A stretch of DNA of 64,000 nt, taken from the NCBI GenBank assembly GCA_963735805.1, contig CAVTMK010000002.1, positions 160,001-224,000 on the forward strand, in the 5' to 3' direction. The translations under genes and the position numbers were made by a program. The notes below the pieces were generated by a model. It was not told the DNA's origin. It searched no databases and saw only the letters and a program-made list of their open reading frames with translations. Of this stretch, positions 50,017-59,569 are shown piece by piece. Position 1 is the first letter of the stretch. Every line of letters starts with the position of its first letter. This stretch comes from an uncultured Verrucomicrobiae bacterium (GTDB lineage: Bacteria > Verrucomicrobiota > Verrucomicrobiia > Chthoniobacterales > UBA10450).

Positions 50017-51603
50017 TCATTGACCTGCTTGAGCATTGCCTGCTCTTTGGAGTGACGACGCGAGTTTGATCAGACTTTCTCGAATCTGGGCCGGTGTCCA
50101 ACCGGCAAAACCAAAGACGAACGCCGGCTTGGGCGTGGCGCGAATGCAGTAAAACGACAACGGTGAAGGCTTGACTCCGATCTCAAGAGTAACACGGCTA
50201 ATCGCCGGCAAATCCTCCTCGCGTTTCAGCCACGCGACCATGTTCAAACCGCCCTCTGGAACCTGCAAAGTGAAACGATCGCCGAGCAAATTATTGAATT
50301 GCTTGATAAAGACTTCTCGCCGCTCGGCATAGATTCTCCGCATTCGTCGGATGTGACTGAGGAAAAATCCCTCGGTGATGAAACGCGCCAGTGTAGCCTG
50401 ATCGATTGCCGACGAGTGCTGATCCATTGTGCTGCGGATCTTCACCAGTGGATCGATCAACGTCTCCGGTGCAACCACGTAGCCAAGGCGCAGGGAAGGA
50501 TAAAGAATTTTACTCATCGTCCCGGCGTAGATCACTCGGCCGAAATCGTCGATTCCCTGCAGGCAAGGAAGCGGCGGTCCGGTAAAACGGAATTCCGCAT
50601 AAAAGTCGTCTTCAAAAACAAATGCATCGTGAGCACGTGCGAAATCGAGCAGGGCTGTTCTGCGCTCGAAACTCATTGTCATGCCGAGCGGGTATTGATG
50701 CGAAGGCGTTACATGGACGATTTTCGGTGGCTTTTCCTTTGGCGATCGCACGATCACAATGCCTTCTTGATCCAGCGGCCTCGGAACGACCTTGGCACCG
50801 GCCAAAATGAAGACTCTGCGCGCCTGGTGAAAACCGGGATCTTCGATCCATACAGGATCCCCTGGGTTCAGTAGCGCCATGGCGCTAATTAGCATTGCCT
50901 GCTGCATCCCTCCGACGATCAGGATTTGATCGGGATGACAGCGCGCGCCTCTAAAGTCACACAGGTACGTGGCAACGGCTTTACGCAGATCTGCGTCGCC
51001 ACGACTCGATGCGTGGCGAAGCAAATGAGCGCCTTTTTGTGCGAGCACCTGCGATCTAAGCCGCTCCCAAATATCTATGGGAAATTCATCAACTGCCGGG
51101 AGCCCGGGAACAAGGGAAACACCGGCTCCGGCACCAAGCGCGCCGAGATCAAATTGTTTTCCTACGCGCTGATCTGGAATCGCTTTTACTCGCTGGGAGA
51201 CACGAGCTCGGTGCTGGATTGGTTGATGCGTTTTCGGCTCGCCACGACGGATTCGCCCCCCCGCACGGCGTGCGAATTTGTTAGCAGTTAAGAAAGTTTC
51301 AGGAAGCGGATCCGCCACAAACGTTCCCGATCTGGCCTTCGAACGGAGATAGCCTTCCGCGTGGAGCTTTGAGAATGCGAGGTTAACTGTTAATCTCGAG
51401 ATTCCGAGATTAACGGCCAAGTCTCGAGAAGACGGGATCCGCGACGGACCGTCGGCGAAAGTGCCCGATTTCAGTTCATCGCGGATTTGGCGATAAAGTT
51501 GTTCGTGCAATGGCTCGGCTGCTTCTCGATCGAGCCGAATCATTTCGAATGCGATGATTGAACGTCGTCGCCGTTTCTTTACAGACGATTCCCTCCTGGA
51601 CAT
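50017..51603 (-). CDS. MocR/GabR family PLP-dependent GntR regulator, copy 2
   Basis: RIPSSRDLA; VTPSHQYPLG, EDDFY, GTMSK..PSLRLGY. Confidence 0.93.
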   Translation of the reverse strand: MSRRESSVKKRRRRSIIAFEMIRLDREAAEPLHEQLYRQIRDELKSGTFADGPSRIPSSRDLAVNLGISRLTVNLAFSKLHAEGYLRSKARSGTFVADPLPETFLTANKFARRAGGRIRRGEPKTHQPIQHRARVSQRVKAIPDQRVGKQFDLGALGAGAGVSLVPGLPAVDEFPIDIWERLRSQVLAQKGAHLLRHASSRGDADLRKAVATYLCDFRGARCHPDQILIVGGMQQAMLISAMALLNPGDPVWIEDPGFHQARRVFILAGAKVVPRPLDQEGIVIVRSPKEKPPKIVHVTPSHQYPLGMTMSFERRTALLDFARAHDAFVFEDDFYAEFRFTGPPLPCLQGIDDFGRVIYAGTMSKILYPSLRLGYVVAPETLIDPLVKIRSTMDQHSSAIDQATLARFITEGFFLSHIRRMRRIYAERREVFIKQFNNLLGDRFTLQVPEGGLNMVAWLKREEDLPAISRVTLEIGVKPSPLSFYCIRATPKPAFVFGFAGWTPAQIRESLIKLASSLQRAGNAQAGQ

Positions 51604-51664
51604 ACCGATTTCCCCGGGGTCTTCCAATTCCAGTTCAATTTGCACGCGTATTCCAAAGCGCAAA

Positions 51665-51701
51665 CTGGCATTATCATCTTCTTTCAACTGGCCATTGCTA
51701 C
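51665..51701. promoter_or_regulatory. Putative MocR-type operator in the divergent mocR/msrA intergenic region
   Basis: CTGGCATT-N14-ACTGGCCATTGCTAC; same spacing as the motifs at 57362 and 58042. Confidence 0.5.
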
Positions 51702-51731
51702 ATCAACCGATGTCGAAAAGTTGAGCGGAGT

Positions 51732-52307
51732 ATGCGGAAGGTTTGTGGTTGGTCATTGATCAGATGTAAATTCGAGTCGTTCTCTCTATTTTTGCCGTTG
51801 ACCTTCATCCTGGGTATGGCGCTTTGTCCGCAGGCACAAAGTGGCCCGGCAAATGTGGCCTATTTCGCGGGCGGCTGTTTTTGGTGCACGGAGGCAGTTT
51901 TTCAACAGGCACCGGGCGTGACATCGGTCGTCTCGGGTTATATGCAGGGCGCCGAGACCATACAGATCACGTTTAATCCAACAAAAACCAGCTACGACAA
52001 GCTGCTCAACCTATTCTGGCATGCACACAATCCGACCGAGGTCGATAGTCAGGGACCAGATACCGGAAAGCAATACCGTTCCGCCATCTTTTTTGTCGAT
52101 GATCAGCAGCATGCTGTAGCGGAAAAATCAAAGGCACAGGCGCAGAAATCGTTCCCAAAACCGATCGCAACCGAAATTGCCCGGGCCGGATCGTTTCGTC
52201 CGGCGCCAGAACATCATCAGAATTTCTGCCGGAAAAATCCAAACAATCCATACGTGCGACAAATAATAGATCCGAAGCTTAAGAAACTCGGCCTAAAACA
52301 ACCTTGA
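51732..52307 (+). CDS. msrA: Peptide-methionine (S)-S-oxide reductase, exported and shortened
   Basis: FAGGCFWC, VSGY, QGPDTGKQYRSAIF, APEHHQ. Start uncertain. Confidence 0.88.
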   Translation: MRKVCGWSLIRCKFESFSLFLPLTFILGMALCPQAQSGPANVAYFAGGCFWCTEAVFQQAPGVTSVVSGYMQGAETIQITFNPTKTSYDKLLNLFWHAHNPTEVDSQGPDTGKQYRSAIFFVDDQQHAVAEKSKAQAQKSFPKPIATEIARAGSFRPAPEHHQNFCRKNPNNPYVRQIIDPKLKKLGLKQP

Positions 52308-52336
52308 GCTGCTAAGTAATTCAGGCCTGATAGGAA

Positions 52337-52837
52337 ATGAAATCTTTGCTCTTGTTTCTGCTCTGCATTTTGTCTGCGCGCCTCAGCATCGCGGAAGACT
52401 CGGCAGCTTCTCGAATCCGGCGACAAATCGAATCCACTCCGATGGCGCAAAAGGTGACTTTGAGTAACGACCAATGGCGAAAGGTTCTAAGTCCGGGACA
52501 ATTTCAAGTCCTACGCGAGGCGAAAACGGAGGCGCCATACAAAAATCGGTATTGGAACAATCACGAAAAAGGAATTTATCTCTGTGCCGCATGCGGGAGC
52601 GAACTGTTTGGCTCCAATACGAAATTTGAGTCTCGTACCGGATGGCCCAGCTTCTATGCGCCGCTCGCCAAAGACAAAATAACCGAGGCGATGGATACCA
52701 CTCATGGGATGACCCGCGATGAGATAAAATGCGCGCGTTGTGGTTCACATCTTGGCCATCTTTTCAATGACGGTCCGGCCCCAACCCATCTCCGTTATTG
52801 CCTAGACTCAATGGCCCTCAGATTTGTAGGGAAATAA
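52337..52837 (+). CDS. msrB: Peptide-methionine (R)-S-oxide reductase, exported
   Basis: Signal peptide; CAAC and CARC zinc motifs, TGWPSF, HLGHLFNDGP, RYCLDS. Confidence 0.93.
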   Translation: MKSLLLFLLCILSARLSIAEDSAASRIRRQIESTPMAQKVTLSNDQWRKVLSPGQFQVLREAKTEAPYKNRYWNNHEKGIYLCAACGSELFGSNTKFESRTGWPSFYAPLAKDKITEAMDTTHGMTRDEIKCARCGSHLGHLFNDGPAPTHLRYCLDSMALRFVGK

Positions 52838-52938
52838 GGGGATACCTGGCTATCGCTGAAGAAGCATTCTGGAAAGTGAGGATGTCCAAAACGCCGTTCT
52901 TCATTCGTCATGATAGATGAACTGAAACGAAACCAACC

Positions 52939-53115
52939 ATGTGCCCGGCCTGCATAACAAACGTGCTGTTGATGGCAGCTAGCGTGAGTTCGACTGGCGG
53001 TTTAACAGCGTTTGCATTGAAGAGACTTTGTTCGAAATCCAAGCAAGGCCATCACAGCGAGGAGACGGGAGAAGAAGAGAAAGGAAATCGAACCAATGGA
53101 ACACAAGAGAACTGA
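52939..53115 (+). CDS. Small CxxC (MCPAC) peptide, 58 aa (absent from ORF track)
   Basis: [30 protein letters not shown]... Confidence 0.65.
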   Translation: MCPACITNVLLMAASVSSTGGLTAFALKRLCSKSKQGHHSEETGEEEKGNRTNGTQEN

Positions 53116-53239
53116 CGTTGGTAAAGTCACTCCCCGTTATTGGCCCTGCCAAAGCAAGATGTATGGGAAAGGCGCAATGGTCGAAGCAAACGGCGGCTAC
53201 CCTGTGCCTGGCTGCGAGTGCATCGTGCACAAATCATAA
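53096..53239 (+). pseudogene. 47-aa ORF, probable internally deleted DUF899-type remnant
   Basis: AAAGGAAA RBS; MEHKRTD...[27 protein letters not shown]; overlaps the end of the MCPAC ORF. Confidence 0.35.
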
Positions 53240-53423
53240 TTTTCAAGTGCAGCCAGATGAGCAAGAAAGTACAGCGAACATCTCCAGGAAGGCGTTCTTC
53301 GCCCGGTGCAGGAACGGACTGTTGTTTTTGCTGTTTGGAAATCGCCTCAGCATTTCGACGCCGGCTCTTGCGATCGAACATTCTGCCACATCACTCTTAA
53401 CCACACGGACCACTATTAGAGAC

Positions 53424-53768
53424 ATGACCATAACCTGCTTCATCCGATACGAAATCGATCCTCACCAGCGCGAAGCTTTCAAAGAGTACGCAGAAAACTG
53501 GGGGCGCATTATCCCCCGGTGTGGTGGACACCTGGTGGGCTACTTCCTGCCTTACGAGGGGACGAACAACGTGGCGTGGGGATTAATCGCTTTCGATAGC
53601 CTTGCATCGTACGAAGCATACCGAAAGAAATTGAAGGTCGATCCGGAGGCGCGCACGAACTTCACGACGGCGGAAGCTAAACGCGTCATCATTAGGGAAG
53701 AGCGCACCTTCGTGGAAGCGGTTGATGGCGCATTTAATCTGCCCGCTACGTCTGGAGGAACCAAGTGA
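53424..53768 (+). CDS. NIPSNAP family protein
   Basis: [13 protein letters not shown]...[31 protein letters not shown]. Confidence 0.85.
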   Translation: MTITCFIRYEIDPHQREAFKEYAENWGRIIPRCGGHLVGYFLPYEGTNNVAWGLIAFDSLASYEAYRKKLKVDPEARTNFTTAEAKRVIIREERTFVEAVDGAFNLPATSGGTK

Positions 53769-54526
53769 CGCGCACGCTGATTCTTCCGGGGCTTCATAAC
53801 TCCGATCCCGGACATTGGCAAAGTCAGTGGGAGTCGCGAGACGAGACCTTGTTTCGAGTAATACAAGACGATTGGGAAACCCCGCATTGCGCGGACTGGA
53901 TCGCGAGGCTCGATCAAGAGCTTGCGCTTGGAGAGTCGGATACGGTGCTTGTAGCGCACAGCGCCGGGTGCGCGCTGGTCGCGCATTGGGCTGTCGGCGA
54001 GTCCTCAAGACGCGTTCGTGGTGCGCTTCTCGTTGCACCTAGTGACCCCGAGGCTCCGAGTTTTCCACCCGGACCTACAGGTTTTGCGCCGATTCCAATG
54101 CTGCGGTTCCGATTTCCAAGTATTGTCGTCGCCAGTTCCAACGATCCGTACGTCACGCTGACGCGCGCGCAAACATTCGCGATGGCATGGGGGAGCGAGT
54201 TCGTGACGATTGGTGAAGCCGGGCACATCAACAGTGCCAGTGGCCTTGGTGACTGGGCTCAAGGGCTCGTTCTCTTGAACATTCTTCGAAAAACCGCAGT
54301 GGAAAATTTTAGCGGACTAGCACGCGGGAAACGAATACCAATAAGTGACGGAAGCGCTCCTCGAACACATTCCCGTGGTGCATCTCGTCGCAACGACAAC
54401 GGTGATTACGTTGTAGCGACCTACGAACGAAAAGCATCTACAAATACCAAAAATAGATCACCACAAGAACAACAGTCTTTTCAGGCGCATGTGCTTCGAC
54501 CCATTTCGTGTGGCGCGGAAACTTAA
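53765..54526 (+). CDS. RBBP9/YdeN family alpha/beta hydrolase with unconserved-looking C-terminal extension
   Basis: [29 protein letters not shown]. Confidence 0.85.
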   Translation: MTRTLILPGLHNSDPGHWQSQWESRDETLFRVIQDDWETPHCADWIARLDQELALGESDTVLVAHSAGCALVAHWAVGESSRRVRGALLVAPSDPEAPSFPPGPTGFAPIPMLRFRFPSIVVASSNDPYVTLTRAQTFAMAWGSEFVTIGEAGHINSASGLGDWAQGLVLLNILRKTAVENFSGLARGKRIPISDGSAPRTHSRGASRRNDNGDYVVATYERKASTNTKNRSPQEQQSFQAHVLRPISCGAET

Positions 54527-54552
54527 GAATTCAGGCAAGAACCAGCAGAGAT

Positions 54553-55359
54553 ATGAACAAGGAAAACGACATCGACAAAAATGAGGAGAAAGCGACGGGA
54601 CACAAGAAAATGCGTCTGGCGATGAATAAACCCGCGATTGTGTCGCAGCAAGAATGGGAGGCTGCATGGCACCAACTGCTCGCAAAGGAGAAGCAGTTGA
54701 CCCGCGCCCGTGATGCGTTGGCCGCCGAGCGTCGGCGGATGCCGTGGCTGGCGGTGGAGAAGAAGTATCAATTCGACGGGCCGCAAGGTAAGGTGAGCCT
54801 GCTCCATCTGTTCGACGGCCGCCGTCAGTTGGTCGTCTACCGCGCGTTCTTCGAACCGGGCGTACACGGTTGGCCCGACCACGCCTGCGTCGGCTGTTCC
54901 ATGGTGGCTGACCATGTTGGCCATCTTGCACATCTAAACGCCCGCAACAGCACTCTGGTGTTCTGCTCGCGCGCGCCGCAAGCGGACATCGACCGCCTGA
55001 AGGCGCGGATGGGATGGCAGATTCCATGGTACACCATTACAGACGACTTCGACAAAGACTTCAGCGTAGACGAATGGCACGGCACGAACGCGTTCATCCG
55101 CGACGGCGACCGCATCTTTCGAACCTACTTCATCAACGGCCGCGGCGACGAGGCGCTCGGGAGCACCTGGAGCTATCTCGATATGACCGCCCTTGGGCGC
55201 CAGGAGAAGTGGGAGGACTCGCCCCAGGGCTACCCCCAGACCCAGCCCTACGACTGGTGGAAGTGGCACGATGCATACGGCGATACCAAGCCGTCCGACG
55301 GGTGGAGCACTCAACTCGAGCGCGGAATTCAGGCTGGGCAAGAACGGCGACGATCCTGA
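54553..55359 (+). CDS. DUF899 family (thioredoxin-like) protein
   Basis: EKQLTRARDALAAERRRMPW, LFDGRRQL, CVGCS, LGRQEKWEDSP. Confidence 0.9.
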   Translation: MNKENDIDKNEEKATGHKKMRLAMNKPAIVSQQEWEAAWHQLLAKEKQLTRARDALAAERRRMPWLAVEKKYQFDGPQGKVSLLHLFDGRRQLVVYRAFFEPGVHGWPDHACVGCSMVADHVGHLAHLNARNSTLVFCSRAPQADIDRLKARMGWQIPWYTITDDFDKDFSVDEWHGTNAFIRDGDRIFRTYFINGRGDEALGSTWSYLDMTALGRQEKWEDSPQGYPQTQPYDWWKWHDAYGDTKPSDGWSTQLERGIQAGQERRRS

Positions 55360-55429
55360 TCGCTCACTTCGGAACATCAATTCCTATCAAAGATTCAAAA
55401 GACAAAAGCACACTTACCAAGAAACAATT

Positions 55430-55885
55430 ATGACACAGAGCACCACAAACACGATCCTGCTTCACCGCGTAATTCGTGCCACGCCTGATAAAATATATCG
55501 TGCCTTCCTAGACGCGGATGCAATGGCAAAATGGCTTCCACCAAACGGATTCACCGGAAGAGTCCACCAGATGGACGCGAAAGTCGGCGGCGCGTACAAG
55601 ATGTCGTTCACCAACTTCACTACTGGCAAGAGTCATTCTTTCGGCGGGACCTATGTCGAACTGAAGCCACAAGAGCGCATTCGCTACAAAGACAAATTCG
55701 ATGATCCGAATCTGCCGGGAGAGATGCAGACGACCATAACCCTCAAGAAGGTCTCCTGCGGGACCGACTTGAATGTTCGGCAAGAAGGCGTGCCCGGCGC
55801 CATTCCTGTCGAGGCCTGCTATCTTGGCTGGCAAGAATCGCTCATCCTTCTATCGAAACTCGTTGAAGCTGAAATTCCGGACTAG
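55430..55885 (+). CDS. SRPBCC/AHSA1 family protein
   Basis: KWLPPNGF, FDDPNLPGEM, CYLGWQESL. Confidence 0.88.
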   Translation: MTQSTTNTILLHRVIRATPDKIYRAFLDADAMAKWLPPNGFTGRVHQMDAKVGGAYKMSFTNFTTGKSHSFGGTYVELKPQERIRYKDKFDDPNLPGEMQTTITLKKVSCGTDLNVRQEGVPGAIPVEACYLGWQESLILLSKLVEAEIPD

Positions 55886-55887
55886 GT

Positions 55888-56871
55888 ATGGATCTCAGTT
55901 TTTTGCGCGCGCTGGCGGTCACATGTCTGACGATCGGGTCAGTGGCTGCGCAGACCGCGCCTTACGATTCGGCGAAACCGCTACCGAAGCCGACGTTGTT
56001 TGCGCCCGGCATCATCTCCACCGGCGACTACGAATCGCACGCGACGTTAACGCCCGACGGCGGCGAGATGTATTTTCTCAAAATGGCGCCAGATTTTTCG
56101 CGGTGGTCCATCTTCGTGTCGCGCTACAAGAACGGCAGCTGGTCGCAACCGGAGGTCGCGCCGTTCTCCGGCCAATACCAGGACGCTGATCCCTACATTA
56201 CCGCAGACGGAAAACACTTCTACTTCATCTCTGATCGGCCCGTCCAGGCGGGTAGCCAACGTCAGTCGCATCACGACATTTGGGTCATGGACAAGACGAA
56301 CGCAGGCTGGAGCGCTCCACGTCATTTGCCAGCACCGGTCAACAGTGATGCCGACGAGTTTTATCCAATCGCCTTAAAAAACGGGACGCTTTATTTTGGG
56401 TCGCAACGCAAGGAGGCCAACGGCGTGGGCGACATCTATCGCGCTGTGCCGCGGAAGGACGGTGGCTATGCAGTCGAGAATCTCGGGCCGCCTGTTAATA
56501 CCGCGGCGGGCGAATACGAAGCCTTTGTTACCGAAGATGAACGGCTGATGTTGCTCGCGATCGCGAGACGCCCCGACTCTCTTGGCGATATAGATCTTTA
56601 TGTGTCGCACAGGCAAGCCGATGGCAAATGGGGGGAGCCGGTTAATCTCGGGCCGGAGATAAATTCGCCGGCACGCGAGTTGTCACCCAAACTCACGCCA
56701 AATGGCAAATACCTGATCTGGATGAGTTGCCGCGTGCCGCCATTGCCTTCGAAACCGCAGCCGCACACGACGACCGAGGTGTTGCGAGACCTGCACACAT
56801 CTGGCAATGGACTTGGAGATATTTACCAGATCGATGTCTCCGCCGTTCCGGCATTAAAACCTTCAAACTGA
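55888..56871 (+). CDS. Secreted PD40 (WD40-like) beta-propeller protein
   Basis: Signal peptide; PDG..YF, NLGPPVNT and NLGPEINS repeats. Confidence 0.8.
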   Translation: MDLSFLRALAVTCLTIGSVAAQTAPYDSAKPLPKPTLFAPGIISTGDYESHATLTPDGGEMYFLKMAPDFSRWSIFVSRYKNGSWSQPEVAPFSGQYQDADPYITADGKHFYFISDRPVQAGSQRQSHHDIWVMDKTNAGWSAPRHLPAPVNSDADEFYPIALKNGTLYFGSQRKEANGVGDIYRAVPRKDGGYAVENLGPPVNTAAGEYEAFVTEDERLMLLAIARRPDSLGDIDLYVSHRQADGKWGEPVNLGPEINSPARELSPKLTPNGKYLIWMSCRVPPLPSKPQPHTTTEVLRDLHTSGNGLGDIYQIDVSAVPALKPSN

Positions 56872-56887
56872 ACGGCGTCTCACTGAC

Positions 56888-57310
56888 ATGATCACGAAGG
56901 AGCACGGAAATACCAAAATAACCTACAAGTCCGTTGTCGTACCCAGCGCGCAACAGATCATTGAACTCTACGACCACGCGGCACTTCCAAGGCCGACCCG
57001 CGATTCTCAAAGAATACAAGCGATGTTCGAAAATTCAGATCTGATTATGACCGCCTGGGATGGGGAGAAGTTAGTCGGTGTTTCTCGTACGATTACAGAC
57101 TGGGTCTGGTGCAGTTATCTCGCCGATCTTGCAGTCAGTCCCGACTATGAAAGGTCAGGGGTCGGGAAAACGCTCGTTCAACTCACCAAACAGAAAATAG
57201 GAGAACGATCGATGCTCTTGTTACTCTCAGTCCCGACAGCAATGGATTACTACCCCAAGGTAGGGTTTGTAAGAGAGAACAAGGCTTTCATCATACACAG
57301 AACAGAGTAA
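56888..57310 (+). CDS. GNAT family acetyltransferase
   Basis: YLADLAVSPDYERSGVGK, YYPKVGF. Confidence 0.85.
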   Translation: MITKEHGNTKITYKSVVVPSAQQIIELYDHAALPRPTRDSQRIQAMFENSDLIMTAWDGEKLVGVSRTITDWVWCSYLADLAVSPDYERSGVGKTLVQLTKQKIGERSMLLLLSVPTAMDYYPKVGFVRENKAFIIHRTE

Positions 57311-57361
57311 TAAGACTGGACCTGCTGCTTGCTGGAACAACTCGCATGACTTTGCGTCGAA

Positions 57362-57398
57362 GTGGCCTTATTGCACTTTCCAAACTGGATCTTGTGAT
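57362..57398 (+). promoter_or_regulatory. Conserved operator-like motif
   Basis: GTGGCCTT-N14-ACTGGATCTTGTGAT. Confidence 0.6.
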
Positions 57399-57441
57399 AA
57401 AAGACAGTCGCTCGCGAAATTCAGGGCCGTCCTCGCTGCTT

Positions 57442-57984
57442 ATGAAAAACATCAAACCGATTCTATATGCGGGCGCGCTTGTTGGCGTGCTCGACATTAC
57501 AGCCGCCTGCATCGATGCTCGCCTTGAGTACGGGGTTCCCCCAGTGCACGTATTACAAAGCGTGGCTGGCGGCCTTCTCGGACGTGGCAGTTATAATGGC
57601 GGATTCGCATCAGCCGCGCTTGGTATTGCAATGCACTTCACCATGGCGCTGACCGTAGCAACAATCTTCTATGCGCTAAGCCGGTGGTTTTTTTCCCTTC
57701 CTCAAAAGCTTTCCGGCGTGGTGGCGGTGGGACTGCTTTATGGACTGGCAGTTTTCGTGGTCAATAACTTTGGCACGGCGCTATTCCTATCGTGGGTTCG
57801 CAGCCTTTACCTGCATACGCCGATTTTATTCAAGCCCCCAATGGGCTGGTCGCAGCTGGTTATTCACCTGTTCTGCGTGGGGCTACCCGTGGCACTAGTG
57901 ATGCATCGATACTCGAAACCAGTGAGCGATGATCGGACAAGTATCATAGGAGTTGCTTCAACAAATCCTCGCCGAATCCGGTAG
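57442..57984 (+). CDS. Four-TM membrane protein of unknown function
   Basis: GVLDI, LQSVAGGLLG, MHF, IHLFCVGLP. Confidence 0.75.
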   Translation: MKNIKPILYAGALVGVLDITAACIDARLEYGVPPVHVLQSVAGGLLGRGSYNGGFASAALGIAMHFTMALTVATIFYALSRWFFSLPQKLSGVVAVGLLYGLAVFVVNNFGTALFLSWVRSLYLHTPILFKPPMGWSQLVIHLFCVGLPVALVMHRYSKPVSDDRTSIIGVASTNPRRIR

Positions 57985-58041
57985 GGCGGGTTCGCGATTC
58001 TCCGCTTTATTCCTTCAACATCTCAACGTGGCGAAGCGAAA

Positions 58042-58078
58042 GTGGCCTTGTCGAAGTTTGCCGACTGGATATTGTGAT
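58042..58078 (+). promoter_or_regulatory. Conserved operator-like motif
   Basis: GTGGCCTT-N14-ACTGGATATTGTGAT. Confidence 0.6.
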
Positions 58079-58125
58079 CAGGGCAATTAGTTGAAATGTT
58101 CTGGCCGCGGCGAACCGCCGCAGTC

Positions 58126-59217
58126 ATGAATCCGAAAACGATTGGCCTGGTGGTACTCGAACACGTGACTGCTGTCGACGTGACGGGCCCGGCCGAAGCC
58201 TTTGCGCGGACGAAAATTCGCGTTGGGAATCAATCATCAGGCTCCCAACGCTCACCAAAAGACCAGTCTGTCCAATCAGCGGACCTTGACCCTTGTTACC
58301 GGGTATTAACCCTTGGTGTCGGCCAGACACCCTGCGTGACAGAATGTGGCATTGAGATAAAACCCCATTCGAGCCTCGAAGACGCACCGCCACTTGATAC
58401 ACTGTTTGTTTGCGGCTGCAGCGAGGCTCACAATTCAAGATGGAGCAGGAAACTGTCCAAATGGCTCAAGCAACGGTCGTCCTTTACGCGACGGGTTGTT
58501 GGCATTGGCACCGGCGTCTACGAACTTGCCTCAGTTGGGCTACTCGATGGGCGACAGGCAGCCGTTCACTGGCGCCTCGCGAACCATTTCGCCCGGCGGT
58601 TTGCCAACGTTCGGGTTAATCCCAACGCGTTGTTCGTCAAGGACGGTCCGTTCTATAGTTGCGCCGGCGGCGCGGCAGCAATCGATTTGTCGCTATCTCT
58701 GATCGAAGAAGATTTTGGCCGCCGAGCCGCATTGAATTTAGCGCGCGAACTCGTCCTTCATGTGAAACGATCAGGAGACCAGGAGCAGTGTTCCGAGCCG
58801 CTCCAGTATCAGCTCCAATCGTGCGACCGCTTCGGAGATATGTCCACCTGGATCTTGTGCAACCTCAATCAGGATCTTTCCGTTGACGCACTCGCCCAGC
58901 GAGCCGCCATGTCGCGTCGCAATTTCACTCGCTTATTCCAAGAAGCCTTTGGCAAATCACCCGCGCAGTTTGTAGCGGAAGCGCGAATTGCCGAAGCGCA
59001 GCAACGGTTATTGGTTCCCCGTAATAGCATCGAGAGCATTGCTACCTCGCTTGGATTCCGAAGCGCGGATGTTTTTAGCGTGGCTTTCGAGCGCTACACG
59101 GGCATTCGACCGAGCACCTACCGTACCTTGCGACAAGCTTCCAAAAATAACCACGCGGACAAGATGCAGTCCTCCAGATCTCGTTTGAATACAACGACTG
59201 TATTACGTGTTGCATAG
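58126..59217 (+). CDS. GlxA/GATR-type AraC family regulator, copy 3
   Basis: GLLDGRQAAVHW, LIEEDFG, KRSGDQEQ, MSRRNFTRLF; closest to copy 2. Confidence 0.9.
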   Translation: MNPKTIGLVVLEHVTAVDVTGPAEAFARTKIRVGNQSSGSQRSPKDQSVQSADLDPCYRVLTLGVGQTPCVTECGIEIKPHSSLEDAPPLDTLFVCGCSEAHNSRWSRKLSKWLKQRSSFTRRVVGIGTGVYELASVGLLDGRQAAVHWRLANHFARRFANVRVNPNALFVKDGPFYSCAGGAAAIDLSLSLIEEDFGRRAALNLARELVLHVKRSGDQEQCSEPLQYQLQSCDRFGDMSTWILCNLNQDLSVDALAQRAAMSRRNFTRLFQEAFGKSPAQFVAEARIAEAQQRLLVPRNSIESIATSLGFRSADVFSVAFERYTGIRPSTYRTLRQASKNNHADKMQSSRSRLNTTTVLRVA

Positions 59218-59569
59218 TTGGTCTTTTAATTAGCGTGCATGTTTGCGTCTGCCGCTTGCGATTTCGCCACAGTTTTAGGCAAACTTTGATTGGTGCAAAA
59301 CAGACAGGAGGCAGCTATGAAGTTACCTGAGCTACCTCTGATAGCTAACTAACGAAGTTATTCCAGAATCCTTCTTCACGCCGAAGCTAACGATTACAAA
59401 CGACGAGTCTTTGTCGCTCGCGTTTTGAATAAACAGGTGTGCTGCTTGTGTTATTAAACTGCCAACCTCCGGCTGCTGCAATATTCCTCCGCTGTTAAAC
59501 CGGCGCGACAGTTCTTCGCCGTCCTTTATTACCATGTTTTGTCGCGTCCTCTCGGACAATCCTACGCGG

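Noticed and set aside
51558..51731. Overlapping upstream extensions of the msrA and mocR ORFs
   Set aside because: Paralog comparison puts the mocR start at 51603; the region is better explained as a divergent promoter
53028..53423. 246-aa ORF extension upstream of NIPSNAP
   Set aside because: Family similarity starts at ATG 53424; the extension overlaps the micro-ORFs
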